Assembly: GCA_048013815.1 (NCBI GenBank)
Contig: CM106586.1
Coordinates: 4,712,001 to 4,776,000, forward strand
Direction of reading: 5' to 3'
Source: Setoptus koraiensis
Lineage: Eukaryota > Animalia > Arthropoda
Length of the DNA: 64,000 bases
Below the pieces are notes generated by a model. It saw nothing but the letters and a program-made list of their open reading frames with translations, was not told the DNA's origin and ran no database searches. Below, in pieces: positions 11,543 through 23,344 of the stretch. Each line of letters starts with the position of its first letter. Positions within the stretch are counted from its first letter, which is position 1. The position numbers and the translations under genes are program-made.

Positions 11543-14500
11543 TCACATCAGCGAACACTGGTCACGGTTTGATACAAGCGTCTCGTTGTATACGTTGTGA
11601 TTTATGGTTGCGTTGCTGTTGTTGTTGTTGACGCTTGTTGTTACTTGTTTCAGCTGTCCGTTGTCGTCTAATTCTACGTCGTCAGGTGAACAGGGCAACG
11701 GTATGGTGCGCACGTAGGGCTTAAAATCGTTACTAGAATAATAATCGCGCATGTAACATGACCATTCCTCTTCTACTCTGTCTATTATTGTTGCGTCATC
11801 GTCTTGTTGTTGTTGTTGTTGTTGTTGTTGCCCGTGCTGATTGTGGCCACTTCCGGTCAGTTTGCGCAATCTGTTGTCGTCGTCTTGGTTGGTGCTGCCA
11901 CTGCTGTTGTCGTTGGTGTTGTGCTTTGTTGTTGGGCCAGCCAGTTCACGAGCTTCATCAAAAACAGCTGACAATTGTTGCTGTATATCGTTGCCTAATT
12001 GACTGGCTTCATTCGTGACCGTTTTATTGAGATTGTCAACTGGCGATTGTTGGCCCGTTGCTCTGTTGTTGCTGCCACTATCAATTGTTGTTGTGTCCAC
12101 AATATCGTGTCTCGCATGCGACTCGTTTGTGACAAAATTATAATAATAACGATTGGCCAATCTATTGTCTGTTGCGTCACAGTACAGGATATACACAGAC
12201 ACCCAGGCGCCCCTGGTGGTCGATTCAAAGTGGCCACTCATAGGCGACTGTAGCGTATCGCTCAGTAATTGATTGCTGTTGCTCAGACAATTATCTATAG
12301 CGGTGGTGAGGCTTGAGTTGTTGTTTGTGAGGCGCACGATAAGAGTTTCGGCGCTCAGCACCTTCATTGCTGTTTATAATTAATTGTTGAAACAATAATA
12401 ATAATTAATCAGAATTGATTGCATTAATTAGTGTTTAGTTTAAGACGAGCTCTGTTTGTTGTTGCTGTAATCAACTTACCGTTTGACGTCACGTAGACTT
12501 GCAGTCGCTTTTTCATAGATTTCACCGATTCGAATTGCTCGTACTTGTTGTGGTCTCCAATCAGCTGATGATTGTAACTGGACATCATAAGCGGAAGTAC
12601 GTCGTAGGTGGCCGGCTGATTGAGGCTCTGCTGCTGCGGCATGTTGTCATCACTGCAGCCTGTTGCGGCCAATGACACTCGTTGTTGCGTCATCGAACCG
12701 TTATGCTCGCCGTTACTGTTGTTGTTGTTGTTGTTTTTGTTGCCATAATTAATTGTTGATTGGTTGTTTGCGTGATGCACAAATGCCGGCATCAATCCGC
12801 CAAACGAAACGGGTCTGCCGCTGTGCACCACACCGGCGCTCCACAGACTGTTGAGGGGCGCCCGAGCTGCCCGGCCCACGGTATAAATGGGGTTTGCGTG
12901 AATGGATGTGGCGACAGTGGGCAGATTGTATCGGTTACTGGTAACGAAAGCGCTGCTGTTGTTTATGACCTGACACGGCGCAAACAGTCTATAGGTGAGC
13001 TCGGATTTTTCTGCTGCCGTCGGCGCATGTTGTGGCGAGTTGTTGCTGTTTGTGCCCAATGACAGGTCGCGAAAACTGGCTGCAATTTGCTGTTCGCGAC
13101 ACAACAATGCATCATTGGCCGTCTTGTTGGCCGCTTTGGTGAGGCCCGATGGGGCCAGGCCAACTTGAAACAATTTTTTGTTGCCGCTGGCGCCGGCACT
13201 GGCGCGTTGTGTTTGGCTTGCGTCGCCGGATAAGCCGGCGACATCGTGCTCACATTCAATGGTCTCGAAGCTGGCCTCAATGGGCCGCTGCGCCAGGGCG
13301 TCCTCTCTTTGTTTTGCATCTTCGGCCTCCCTGGCCTCCACGGCCTCTATTGGCAACACGTACGCCATTCGCACGAATTTCAGCTGGTACCCGCTGAAGC
13401 TGGCAGCCCGGCCCGCTTGGCTGGCGGCCTGGCGACCGGAAGTGGCGCAACACGGGCCTGCCGGTTGTTTTCTGTTTCTGTCTTGCTGACTTGAATTGTC
13501 GCTGCTAGCCGCCCGTCTGTGGCAATGGATGGTGTTTCGCCGTTTCCATTGTTTCCACTGCTGCTGCTGCTGCTGTTTGTCGCTTTTGTCCGGCGCTATC
13601 AATGACTCGCCAGATACAAAACCCACCGCTGGCTGGCCAATTTGTGGCTCGTCGCTGGACAGGTCCGCGGCGCCTAGCGACGGTCGCGTTGGAGTGGACT
13701 TTCTGCGCAATCTGCGCGCCTCACCTGTCGCCGTGTCGCGCGCGTCAGCTTGTTTCGTTGGCGTTTGCACGTGCTTTGCATCACTCAAGCTGCCTAACTG
13801 TTGCTGTTGTTTGCATGAATTGTTTGAGTGACCGCCGCCAGGGTAAAACATGTTGCGAGTGTTGAATTGTGACGCTATCAGCTCGTTCAATTTGTCGTCG
13901 CGCGGCTTATTGTCGCACCCGTTATACAATTGGGCCGCATCGTTAGCCGCACTTCCGGTCGGCTGCTGCTGCTGCTCGTAATTGCCAGTGCATGTTGCCA
14001 AGTGTGTGCTGTCTGCACTGCTGATTGTGTTGCGCAACAGCCAGCAATCGTTTAGTGGCTTTTGTCTAATTTGAATATTGCAAAATTTTGCCGTACCAAA
14101 CAAACTGGCCGCTGCGTCACTGTTGGTTGTTGCATCACTTCCGGTGCAGCAACCAACCTCGGCTGCTCTGTCTCGGACAGTGTGCTGCTGTGTGTCTTGT
14201 GTGGTTTTGTGATGCGCACCCACAAGCGCTATGTCGCCCGACAAAGCGGCCAAACTGTGCTGATTGTCCCTGAACCAGTTGACACTGCGCTTAATGAGCG
14301 CAGTCAACGATTCAAAATTTGGCAAGCTCATAACGTTGAGCGTGTTGCTCGTGCACTGTTCACTGTGCAACTGTTCTTGCGCGCTTGTCTGCTGTGCCTG
14401 TTGTGCCGACTTATGTTGCGCCGCATTGTGACTGCTGTTGTGACTGTTGTTGTGACTGCTGTTGTGACTGTTGTTGTGATTGTTGTTGTGATTGTTGCTG

Positions 14501-17500
14501 TGATTGTTAGTGTGACAGGTTGCATTGTTGGCGCCCGCCAGCCTTGGTGGGTCGGCGCAGTGAGAATTGGCCGCCGGGGCCGGTATTGGCGCCAGCGGCG
14601 AGATTGATTGGGGCACAAAATCAATCATCTTGACCAGGCCACACCTAAAGGGTCCGAATTCGTAGTAGACCCTGAGCACGTCAATCATATCCGTTTGTTT
14701 GCCGGCTAGCGGCTGTTGGTTGCCGTTATCACAGGTTGCCGTTGGCTGGTTGTTTGGCCAGCAGTTTGTTTCGGTGTCCACGTAGCCGCCATTTATGGGC
14801 AAAGTTATTGTTTCCACGCTCAAAATGCGACCTTGACCAGCGATGGTGGATAAAAGAGATAATTGTATTATTAGCCCTGTTCAGTGTTACACACTTCTCA
14901 CATAGCAGCATACACACTTTCGTCGACTCTTCAGGCACAGGGTGATATATGAGAAATGAGATTTTCAATTTGGGCACAACTGGCGCTGTCATACGGCCAG
15001 CGCATGGTCGCACGGCCGCACGGCAATCGCGTAATCGCAATCGGCCAGAAATCGGCCGATGGTAATAATAGCAGTCGACGGCTTTAACATGCAGCGATCT
15101 AACCAACGAAATTAGCACCTCGTTCAGTGCTGGCGAGCCAGCGAAATCGGTGAGATATGACTAATTGATTGATTGATGGATGAGCCTGGGCCCGCTGGCC
15201 GGCCAACAACAACAGGTTATCGACAAGTGCAGAACAAACAACGACAAACAACTTTGCCAATCAGCCGCAACAGTGATGATCGGTCATCACGACAACTGAT
15301 TACACGTTAACTGATTAACATTAAGTGCAGATCGCCTTCTCATCGATCACCTCTGGCCGCTGGCCAGCGCTCGTAATGCGATTGGATCGGCCAATAATCG
15401 CCGGCTCACTCGCTCACTCGCTCACTGGCCGCGATTATCGGCCGGCCCGGTATCAGCCGGCCCGGTGTCAGCGAGATCCGAAAGATTGGGCAATGACTTG
15501 GCAATCATTTGGCAGTGATCTGGCAATGATTCGGCAGCGATTTGGCAGTGATTTGGCGCTCATTTGGCACTGCTCTTTGTCGGGCCAAGCACATCATTAC
15601 ATCATTAGCGCCAGTTCTCACTTTGGGCGACGCGCGACTCGACGGCCGGCAAAAAAGTGAGCCCGTCAAATCGGCCGAAGCTGGCCGAATTGGCCAAATT
15701 TAACAAATTTGGCGCCACTCGCTCGAGCGGCCGCGAACCGGGTGGCGGCGAATTGAGCGGCCGCGAATCGAGCGGCAAAGTGCAAAGTTATTCTCATCAC
15801 ATATCAGTTGAGTCAGTTGAGAAGATCGGTCAGTGGGGCTGTTGCGCAATGTTGAGCGAATACGCGACGCTCGACGCAGCCGTTTGCCAGTTTTCGTTTG
15901 AATGGTTTGCAATTAAATATGCCTATTTTGCATATATTCAAATATCGTCAGTTGTTCGCGTGCACGATTACAGACAACGTAATACAGAGACAGCGCGTGC
16001 CGTGCAGATGATTTGAGTTTGTTGGTTGTATCAATTGTGCTACAAATTGTTAACAAAAGTTACACAAAATTAAATAAATGATACTGTTAGGTCGCATTGT
16101 ATCGATGCGCGTGATATGGCCAATGGTCGCGTAGGCAAACGCGATTGGCAAGTGAGGCAAGGTGAAACAGGCAATCATAATCGGGCACGCGAAGCCACCA
16201 ATCGAAAGCGGTCGGTTTGTTGTCGGTGGCAGCATGCGCTTAAATTAAAAATTAAACACACTTAATGATTATGATTAGCGGCCAGTAGTGAGTGCAAATT
16301 CCGACAAATTCCAGCAAATTCCAGCAAATTCCAGCAAATTCCAACAAATTTCAACAAATTTCAACGCTAAATTGAGTGGCCGCATTCATGATGCTGGCCT
16401 GTCCAGCAGCAATTTGTTTGCAGCAACACCTGTCGATCGGGTTGCTCGACTATTGTTGTGCTGGCAGTTGTTGCTGCTGTTGCCTCTGCCGAGGTCATTA
16501 GCTGGACACAACACAGGCCAACGGGCTGCACAGGTGAGATGCTAAGGCTAAGTCGGCGGTAAGGTCAATTGAATCGGACACGCTGTTTGTTGTCATCATG
16601 CATGCAAAACATGCAAAAAGTGGTTGCGACCGGCGACCGGCGACTCGCGACCGGCGCGACTCGCGACAGATTAGCGAGCCAACCAATTAATTAGACAATT
16701 AGGCAATTACTGACATGAATGATGATATATCTGTTATGCACGAGAGATGTGATTTGATTTCGGTGAGTCATTTGAATCATTGCGATCGCTCGAATCGTTT
16801 TAATCAATCGACTCGCTGAGCCGCTGAATGGCGCCAGCGAGTTCAAGCTGACAGGTTTGTTTGTTTGTTTGTCGCTGGCCCGAGGCCGTTCGTCTGTCCG
16901 CTGTATTTAGCTGCATTTGGCCGCATTTGGCTGCATTTAGCTGTAAGCTTTGGTACTTTCTGTTGTGCACAGCGGAGCCCGGGGTGAGACAGCGGCGAGA
17001 GCGTTGCGACAGGTGAGACAGGTGAGACAGGCGAGACAGGTGAGCGGGCGAGAGAGGTGAGAGGGTGAGAGGGTGAGAGTGGCCGCTTTGCAAGCAACCA
17101 GATCAAATCAATCGCGGCTGTCATGTGTTATTGAAACTTGTTTTCGGCCAGCGCCCTCTGTGCCAGAGTGCACAGTGTACAGAGTGTGTAATACAGAGTG
17201 TGGCCGTGTCACAGGCCAGCGACTAATCTGAAATAATGACAATAATACATGCAGGTAGCCACAAGTGTTAACAGTGGCCAGATCGCTAATGGTTAAATGG
17301 TGCTCGCTCGCCAGTTTAGTCAAATCACTAATCGAGTTTAACCGTTAGTAATTAGTATTAGACCAATCTAAACAGGTGTTAAGTTATTAGGGTATGTTTA
17401 TTATTGTGGAGCCACCATTTTGCTCATTAACAGCACACTGTGCATACCTCATATCAGTCATTATTCGCATATTAGTCACTCGGATATTTTAATAATATCC

Positions 17501-18763
17501 CAATAGCTCAGCCAATATCTGACTTGATCACATACCGTATTTATAAGTCCGTAGCAGTGTAGTTATAAGTCATGAGTCAATGCGAGTGCATGAATATTTG
17601 CACTTGCTGTTGTTGCTGCTGTCGTTTTTGCTGCTGCTGCTGCTGTTGCTGTCGTTGTTGTTGTTGTTGTCGTCGTTGTTGTTGTTGTTGTCGTCGTTGT
17701 TGTTGTGAGCAACAGTGCCCACAGCAAGTGTCTGTCGTGCACCGGATTGGTCTTGGCGGCTTTGCTAAGAGCGAATGGCCGAGTGGCCAAGTGACAGCCA
17801 GTGCACTAGTTGAGTCACAAGCTCAGTAATAATCATTAATAACAATCGATTGGCCAGTGCGAGCGGCCACTTGATCAATCAGCGACCATTAATCAACTCA
17901 CTGCTCAATGCATCATCCATTTGGCCTCAACTCAGTCAACGCACTTCAGCAGTCAGCTCAGCTCAGCTGAAGCTGAAGCTGAAGCTGGCCAACATTTCAC
18001 TTTCGACAATAATTAATCGACAATAATTAATCGACAATAATTAATAATTATCGCTAATTGATAATTAATGAAATATGCAAATCGGCTTACCTTCGATGGG
18101 CCTGTTTATGAGCAAATCGTTGAGCCGTTTCAGTATCTCGTCCAGTGTCTCGTAGGGACTGTCCTGTGCCAGTTGTTGTTGTTGTTGTTGCTGTTGTTGT
18201 TGTTGTCCGTTGCGCAATCGCGATGACAGTTTTGGGTTTTGGCCGTTTGGGTCGCTTGTGTTGCCTGTGGTGCCCGTGGACAGCGACGAACGGGCCCTCG
18301 GCACCACATTTATGCAGCCTATCTTTTGGGCCGGACTAAAGCGATTTTTGGCCGGCACCAACCACAAACGAATGGCGCGAGTTGTTTGTTTCAGCGAGCA
18401 ACCACTGAAGCTGGTGTATTTACGATTGAATTGTGTCGCCTCGTCGTATATAAGTGTCTCGGCTGATTTAACGCGCCAACTGTCATTCAATTGCAACCAA
18501 ATATTAATCCTATCAAACAATTGACTGAAGGTCTCCAATTGCCATCCAAACGATCTGGCCGGACGTTTCAATTTTGGACAAAAGTCAACAAATGTGAATG
18601 CGCTACAATTGTTCTTAATAAGATCATTGTCGCTAGGTTCCTTGTAGGCCTTGTGCATGAGTAAGTTGTCTCTGGCCAATTGGGTGTCATTTTCCAATTG
18701 GATCTGCTCAAATGAATCAATGTCGTTCTTGTCAATGACGAAGCTCGGGTTAAGCTGCGCCAT
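11543..18763 (-). CDS. Uncharacterised four-repeat-domain protein, about 1283 aa; complement(join(11543..12369,12480..14831,18091..18763))
   Basis: ORFs of 232, 799 and 274 aa join in frame via GTAAGC donor (18090) to AAG acceptor (14832), preceded by CTAAT and a pyrimidine tract, giving RPIEG|RILSVET. GTAAGT donor (12479) to CAG acceptor (12370) gives VTSNA|MKVLSAETL. Both introns are phase 1. Four homologous units are visible. An extra 3' exon near 11309 and 5' exons upstream of the acceptor at 18765 are possible. Confidence 0.85.
16291..16360. repeat. 10-bp tandem repeat (ccagcaaatt x7) in intron 1 of the four-repeat gene
   Basis: Directly visible. Confidence 0.85.
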
Positions 18764-21700
18764 GCTGTCGTGTTAATTAATTAGCGAGTATCATCTGTTT
18801 GGCTAGGCATGGATGACACGCACTAATTAACTCGATATATACCGGTAATAATTTGGCGTTGACAGTTGACAGTTTTTCGCGCTGTTGCTATTGATATAAA
18901 ACTATTATTTGATACTTTTGCCGTATTACCTGCTGCCGTAATAGCTAATATAATACAAATACAAATTGTGTGTGTCATTGACGAGTGGACACGATCAATT
19001 GAGAGTTTGATGGAGCGACAGCTCGCATCGACAGTGAAAGACAAAGCGAAAAGTGATTTTTGCAAGACGTTTGTTCCACTTCGAGTGCCAATCTTATCTC
19101 TGGCTTGATCCGCATCTCGTATCTCGGCTTTCGGCTCTCGGCTCGTATCACGGTTCGGATCGCAATTGATCCACATGCGATCAGATGCAACAACGACAAC
19201 AACAGCACCAACGACAACAACAACGACAACAACAGCGTCTAAACTAATCAATTAATCGCCACTTGTGCGCGATTAACTGTAGGTATAGCATATGTAGGCA
19301 GTGTAAACAATGAACGGTAGCCGCCACTTCTACCGGCCTCGCCAAACATACAATCCGGGGTATACCTCGGTTGCCCAGCCGATACCCGAGACGAAACCCG
19401 TAGGTTACATTGGGCGGGGTCAGCATTTTGTGGTGCACTTATAGCCGCAGCGATAAATGCCTCGAACAAAGAGATTAAACAGCCAGATAATGACAATTGG
19501 CGATAATAATGATAATGACACACACACACACACACACCATAATGAGCAGATAAGAGCAACTATTTGCACAATATAGCAGTTTGTTGCCACATAGCGGCCG
19601 TCGGGCGCCGGTGTCGCTAGTGTCGCCGACAGCAACTACCAATAATTTATCATCAGATCAGACTGTTTAATTGTCTCGGGCACGCAATCTGGCGAGACAA
19701 TGTGACCGAGATACTAATAGTCACTGTCGCTAATACACATTGTGCAGCTATCTCTTATCTTGTCCATTATAATTGTATCATATTTATACGCTTGTATTAT
19801 GCGCCTTGTTGTAACGCAAATGATTGTGATTTGCAAGTCGACCATTTGCAGTTACTCGCTCCATTTACTAGCTACCCATACTCTGGTCCTGTCACCGTGC
19901 ACCGAGGCGGCCTCTATCAATAAGCGCAATCACTATTATCTTGCCAGCGACACTGCACAATGTTTGCATCTTTTGCTTTACAACTTTTGCGCCAACTTGT
20001 CAACACTAGTGGGCGCACCAGTTACCAGTCATTTCAACACTACTGCTACATCATGTATGATACATGCATTATTATATATTACATGATATGTAACAATATG
20101 CAAATATGAGCACTATCACTAATTTGTAGCCACAGCTAAATGAGCCAATATATCACCGATATATTAATGTGACCACACAATTGGACATGACGTAACTACA
20201 AACAATTTCAAGAGTGTTTGCTTTGTCGTCAATTGTTACACAAGCGACAATTTTAGGCTTTACGCTTTTTACTGTGTCACCATAATAGACAAACGTATGC
20301 TGCGCGTATGCTAATCGCTGGCTCGTGCCCCAAGCACCGCAACACGAGCGCCACAGCCAACACAAGGTCAAACTGCACGTGGAAACGCGTTGTTGCCTAA
20401 CGGAACTCGTTCTGTCGGATCGTTGCGTAAGACACACCTCCTCAACCACAGCAGCAGCAGCAACAACGACATCAACGACAACAGCAACAACCACATCAAC
20501 GACAGCGTAGTTGCGCAACAACGGGCCGGCTCTCGGGAAAGAGATGGCGTCACAGTGGGCGATCACTGGGGCCCGCTTCTGGGTCAAACGCACACATAAC
20601 CATACACATAACTGTACACATAACTGTACACATCCGCGCCGACCCTATGTCCAGCGGCCGGCTCCACACTGTGATATTTGAGGGGCTCCATCTGGCCGGT
20701 GCGCCGGATAGAAATGTAAAGATCATTATCGCTGGTAAAAGCGTCTATTTTTAGCTCACTGGGCCCGTCTCTTTGTTTGGACGGTGTGCCATTAGTGGCC
20801 CTCATTGGCCTCTTCGGTTATGCAATGGCGAGCACGAGTAGCAAGCGGTCATTGCATAACCATGTTAGTAATGTCGTGCTCGCGCCGGACAAAAATAGAT
20901 AAAATTAGGGAGTAAAAGAGGCCCGCTCAGTAGTGATATAAATAATGAATTCAGGCATTGCACTGACAAGCGAGCACTGCTTACGCTGGCCTCAATTCGA
21001 GGCCCGCGCCGCCTGGCAATTTATACCTGGCGAGTGGATCGGTTGGTCAAATGGATTGGCAGCCAACGAATGGCCAACAGCCAACTACTGTGACTGATTT
21101 AATGTGATACCGGCGCATGATGCTCTGTGTCCGGTCGCTCGATCGATGGCTGCGCGTCGGACCAGCGAAGGATATTTTCAAACAATTGTCCTATTTATAG
21201 TATTTGTAGTAACTAGTTATTTATAGTATTGGCAGTGTTTGTAGTGTTGGCAGTGTCTGTAGTATTTGTATTATTTGTGGTATTTGTGGTATTTATGGCA
21301 TTTATAGCATTTATATTGGTCACCAACAACAGGACATAGCACAGTGTAATTATATATTGGATATCCGTTTAACGGATCAGATCGGATATTGCCGATTGTG
21401 TGATTGCGTGGCCCGTGCCGTTTTTTCATTGTGCCAGTCATGACACACAACATGATGCGCTATGATATACGCGCGTTACGTAACATTGTCAGTTGTCGTC
21501 GTGACATTGTCGATGTTGTCTGATAGGTGATGCATCACCTGCTCAGCTCACAGTCGCAGTCAAATGATATTCATGACTCGTGACACTTGCACTATGTTAC
21601 GAGCAATAGCTGGCCACTTGCTACGAGCCGCTATGTATTACGCAACTGTGACATTTGCCACATTTTCAAAACACTGTGCGAATATTGAATTCGCTTCGAA

Positions 21701-23170
21701 AGCCGAGCGCGTCAATGCGGCCGGCGATCGAGCCAGATCGTTCGTTTGCATGAGGCCCGCCAAGCACACAATATTATTATCATGGTCATATAAGCCATGC
21801 TCATTGTGCCTAGCTGGCGATTCGTGCCAGCCAACGTGACACGGCCAGCCTAATAGCCCGCAAGATGCCCGTTACACAGCGGGCATTGATACCTGTCGTC
21901 GCTGTTACTGGACACTCGATAACTGGGCCTGAACATTACATAACTGGGCCACATTACACAACTGGACTTTATTACATAACTGGGCGCCAGCTCTGTGCAC
22001 AACTTGGCCAATATTGGCGCACTATCTGGCCAGATCACTGGGCGCCCATTTACTTTTAGTTTATCTTTACATTTATGATTTATGGCCAGCAAGTTAGTTT
22101 ACTTAGTTGGTTGGCGCAGTTGTGCAGTTTGGAGTGTGCCAGCTGTGCCAGTTGCGTTGTTGGTGCCCCAATACGCCGGTTGTGCCCCAATGCGCCGGTT
22201 GTGCCCCAATGCGCCGGTTGTGCCAGTTGCGCGCAGGCGTCAAAGCAGGCACATGAGCAGTAGTTGTGAGGCTATTGCGTCATTGGGGCCCCCTTTGAGA
22301 GTAGCAGCAGTCTGCTTGGTGTCTATGTGAGCCAGGGGGCGCGCCGGTCAGACATTGTGACACTGACGCGCCCAAGTTTTAGTTGTTGTGTGGACAAACG
22401 ATGGATAAACAAATTTTTGTTGGTCGCGAGCGGACAGTGGACAAACGATGGCCAAAAAGCATGTCTACTATCGCAATTCAATATGTTTTTTTTTTGTTTC
22501 AAGCTGCCAGTTGCGCAAACATTACACAATAATGTTATAAACCAGCAACAACAACAACAACATCACTGAATAACTGTGATACAATCCAATCTAGCCAACA
22601 CACACAGCAAAAAGCGATCGCAAAACGTTACGCAACAGCATTACGCAATAGCATTAGGCCAAAGCATTAGGCCAAAGCATTACACAATAGACAGCGCATA
22701 GACAACAACACGTACGACAGGTGACATGAACAGCGAGCTAGATTGAGAGCGCAACATTTGTTGTTTATAATTTTATTATTATTGTTATTCAAAGTTGTGT
22801 GCGCTGGCCCCAATTGTGGTCACAATGATGAGAGCACGGCAATAATCGATCGTTATCTTTCTCAATTTTCCAGCGCCGTCGCTAGGCGCGCAGCAGCATC
22901 GTTGATCATAGTGATATGGATACACACTATAATAACTGCATGTGCATATGGGCCGAAAAAATAAATAACAAAAGTGAACGGAGCGCCCCTATGTGTCATA
23001 GGTGAGTAGATTGTGTGTGCGTGTGTGTGTGTGTGTGTGCGCGTCGCCAAAGGAAAAATAATCACGACGAGGCACGGCCTCAATCACACGACATATCGCG
23101 CACATACATGACATATAACGCGGCCACATATGACGCTATAGGGACAACAGCGACACAACGAGCTGACAGA

Positions 23171-23313
23171 ATGGGTTGCAGACAGAGTAAATCGAGTTTT
23201 GCGAGGGATAATCGCGACGAAACAGCCAAAAGGTGCAACAAAAAGTCAGCGCCATCGTTCAATCAGAACAGTGCGCAAACCAGCAAACGGGCCAACAACA
23301 GCAACAACAACGA

Positions 23314-23344
<31 letters not shown>

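Noticed and set aside
18811-18822. GGATGACACGCA, identical to 12 nt of U6 snRNA
   Set aside because: The flanks do not match U6 (no ACAGAGA box or 5' stem); a chance match.
23015-23170. N-terminal extension MCVCVCV.. of the 1612-aa ORF
   Set aside because: It begins in a TG repeat just after a GTGAGT donor (intronic); the ATG at 23171 gives a myristoylation consensus.
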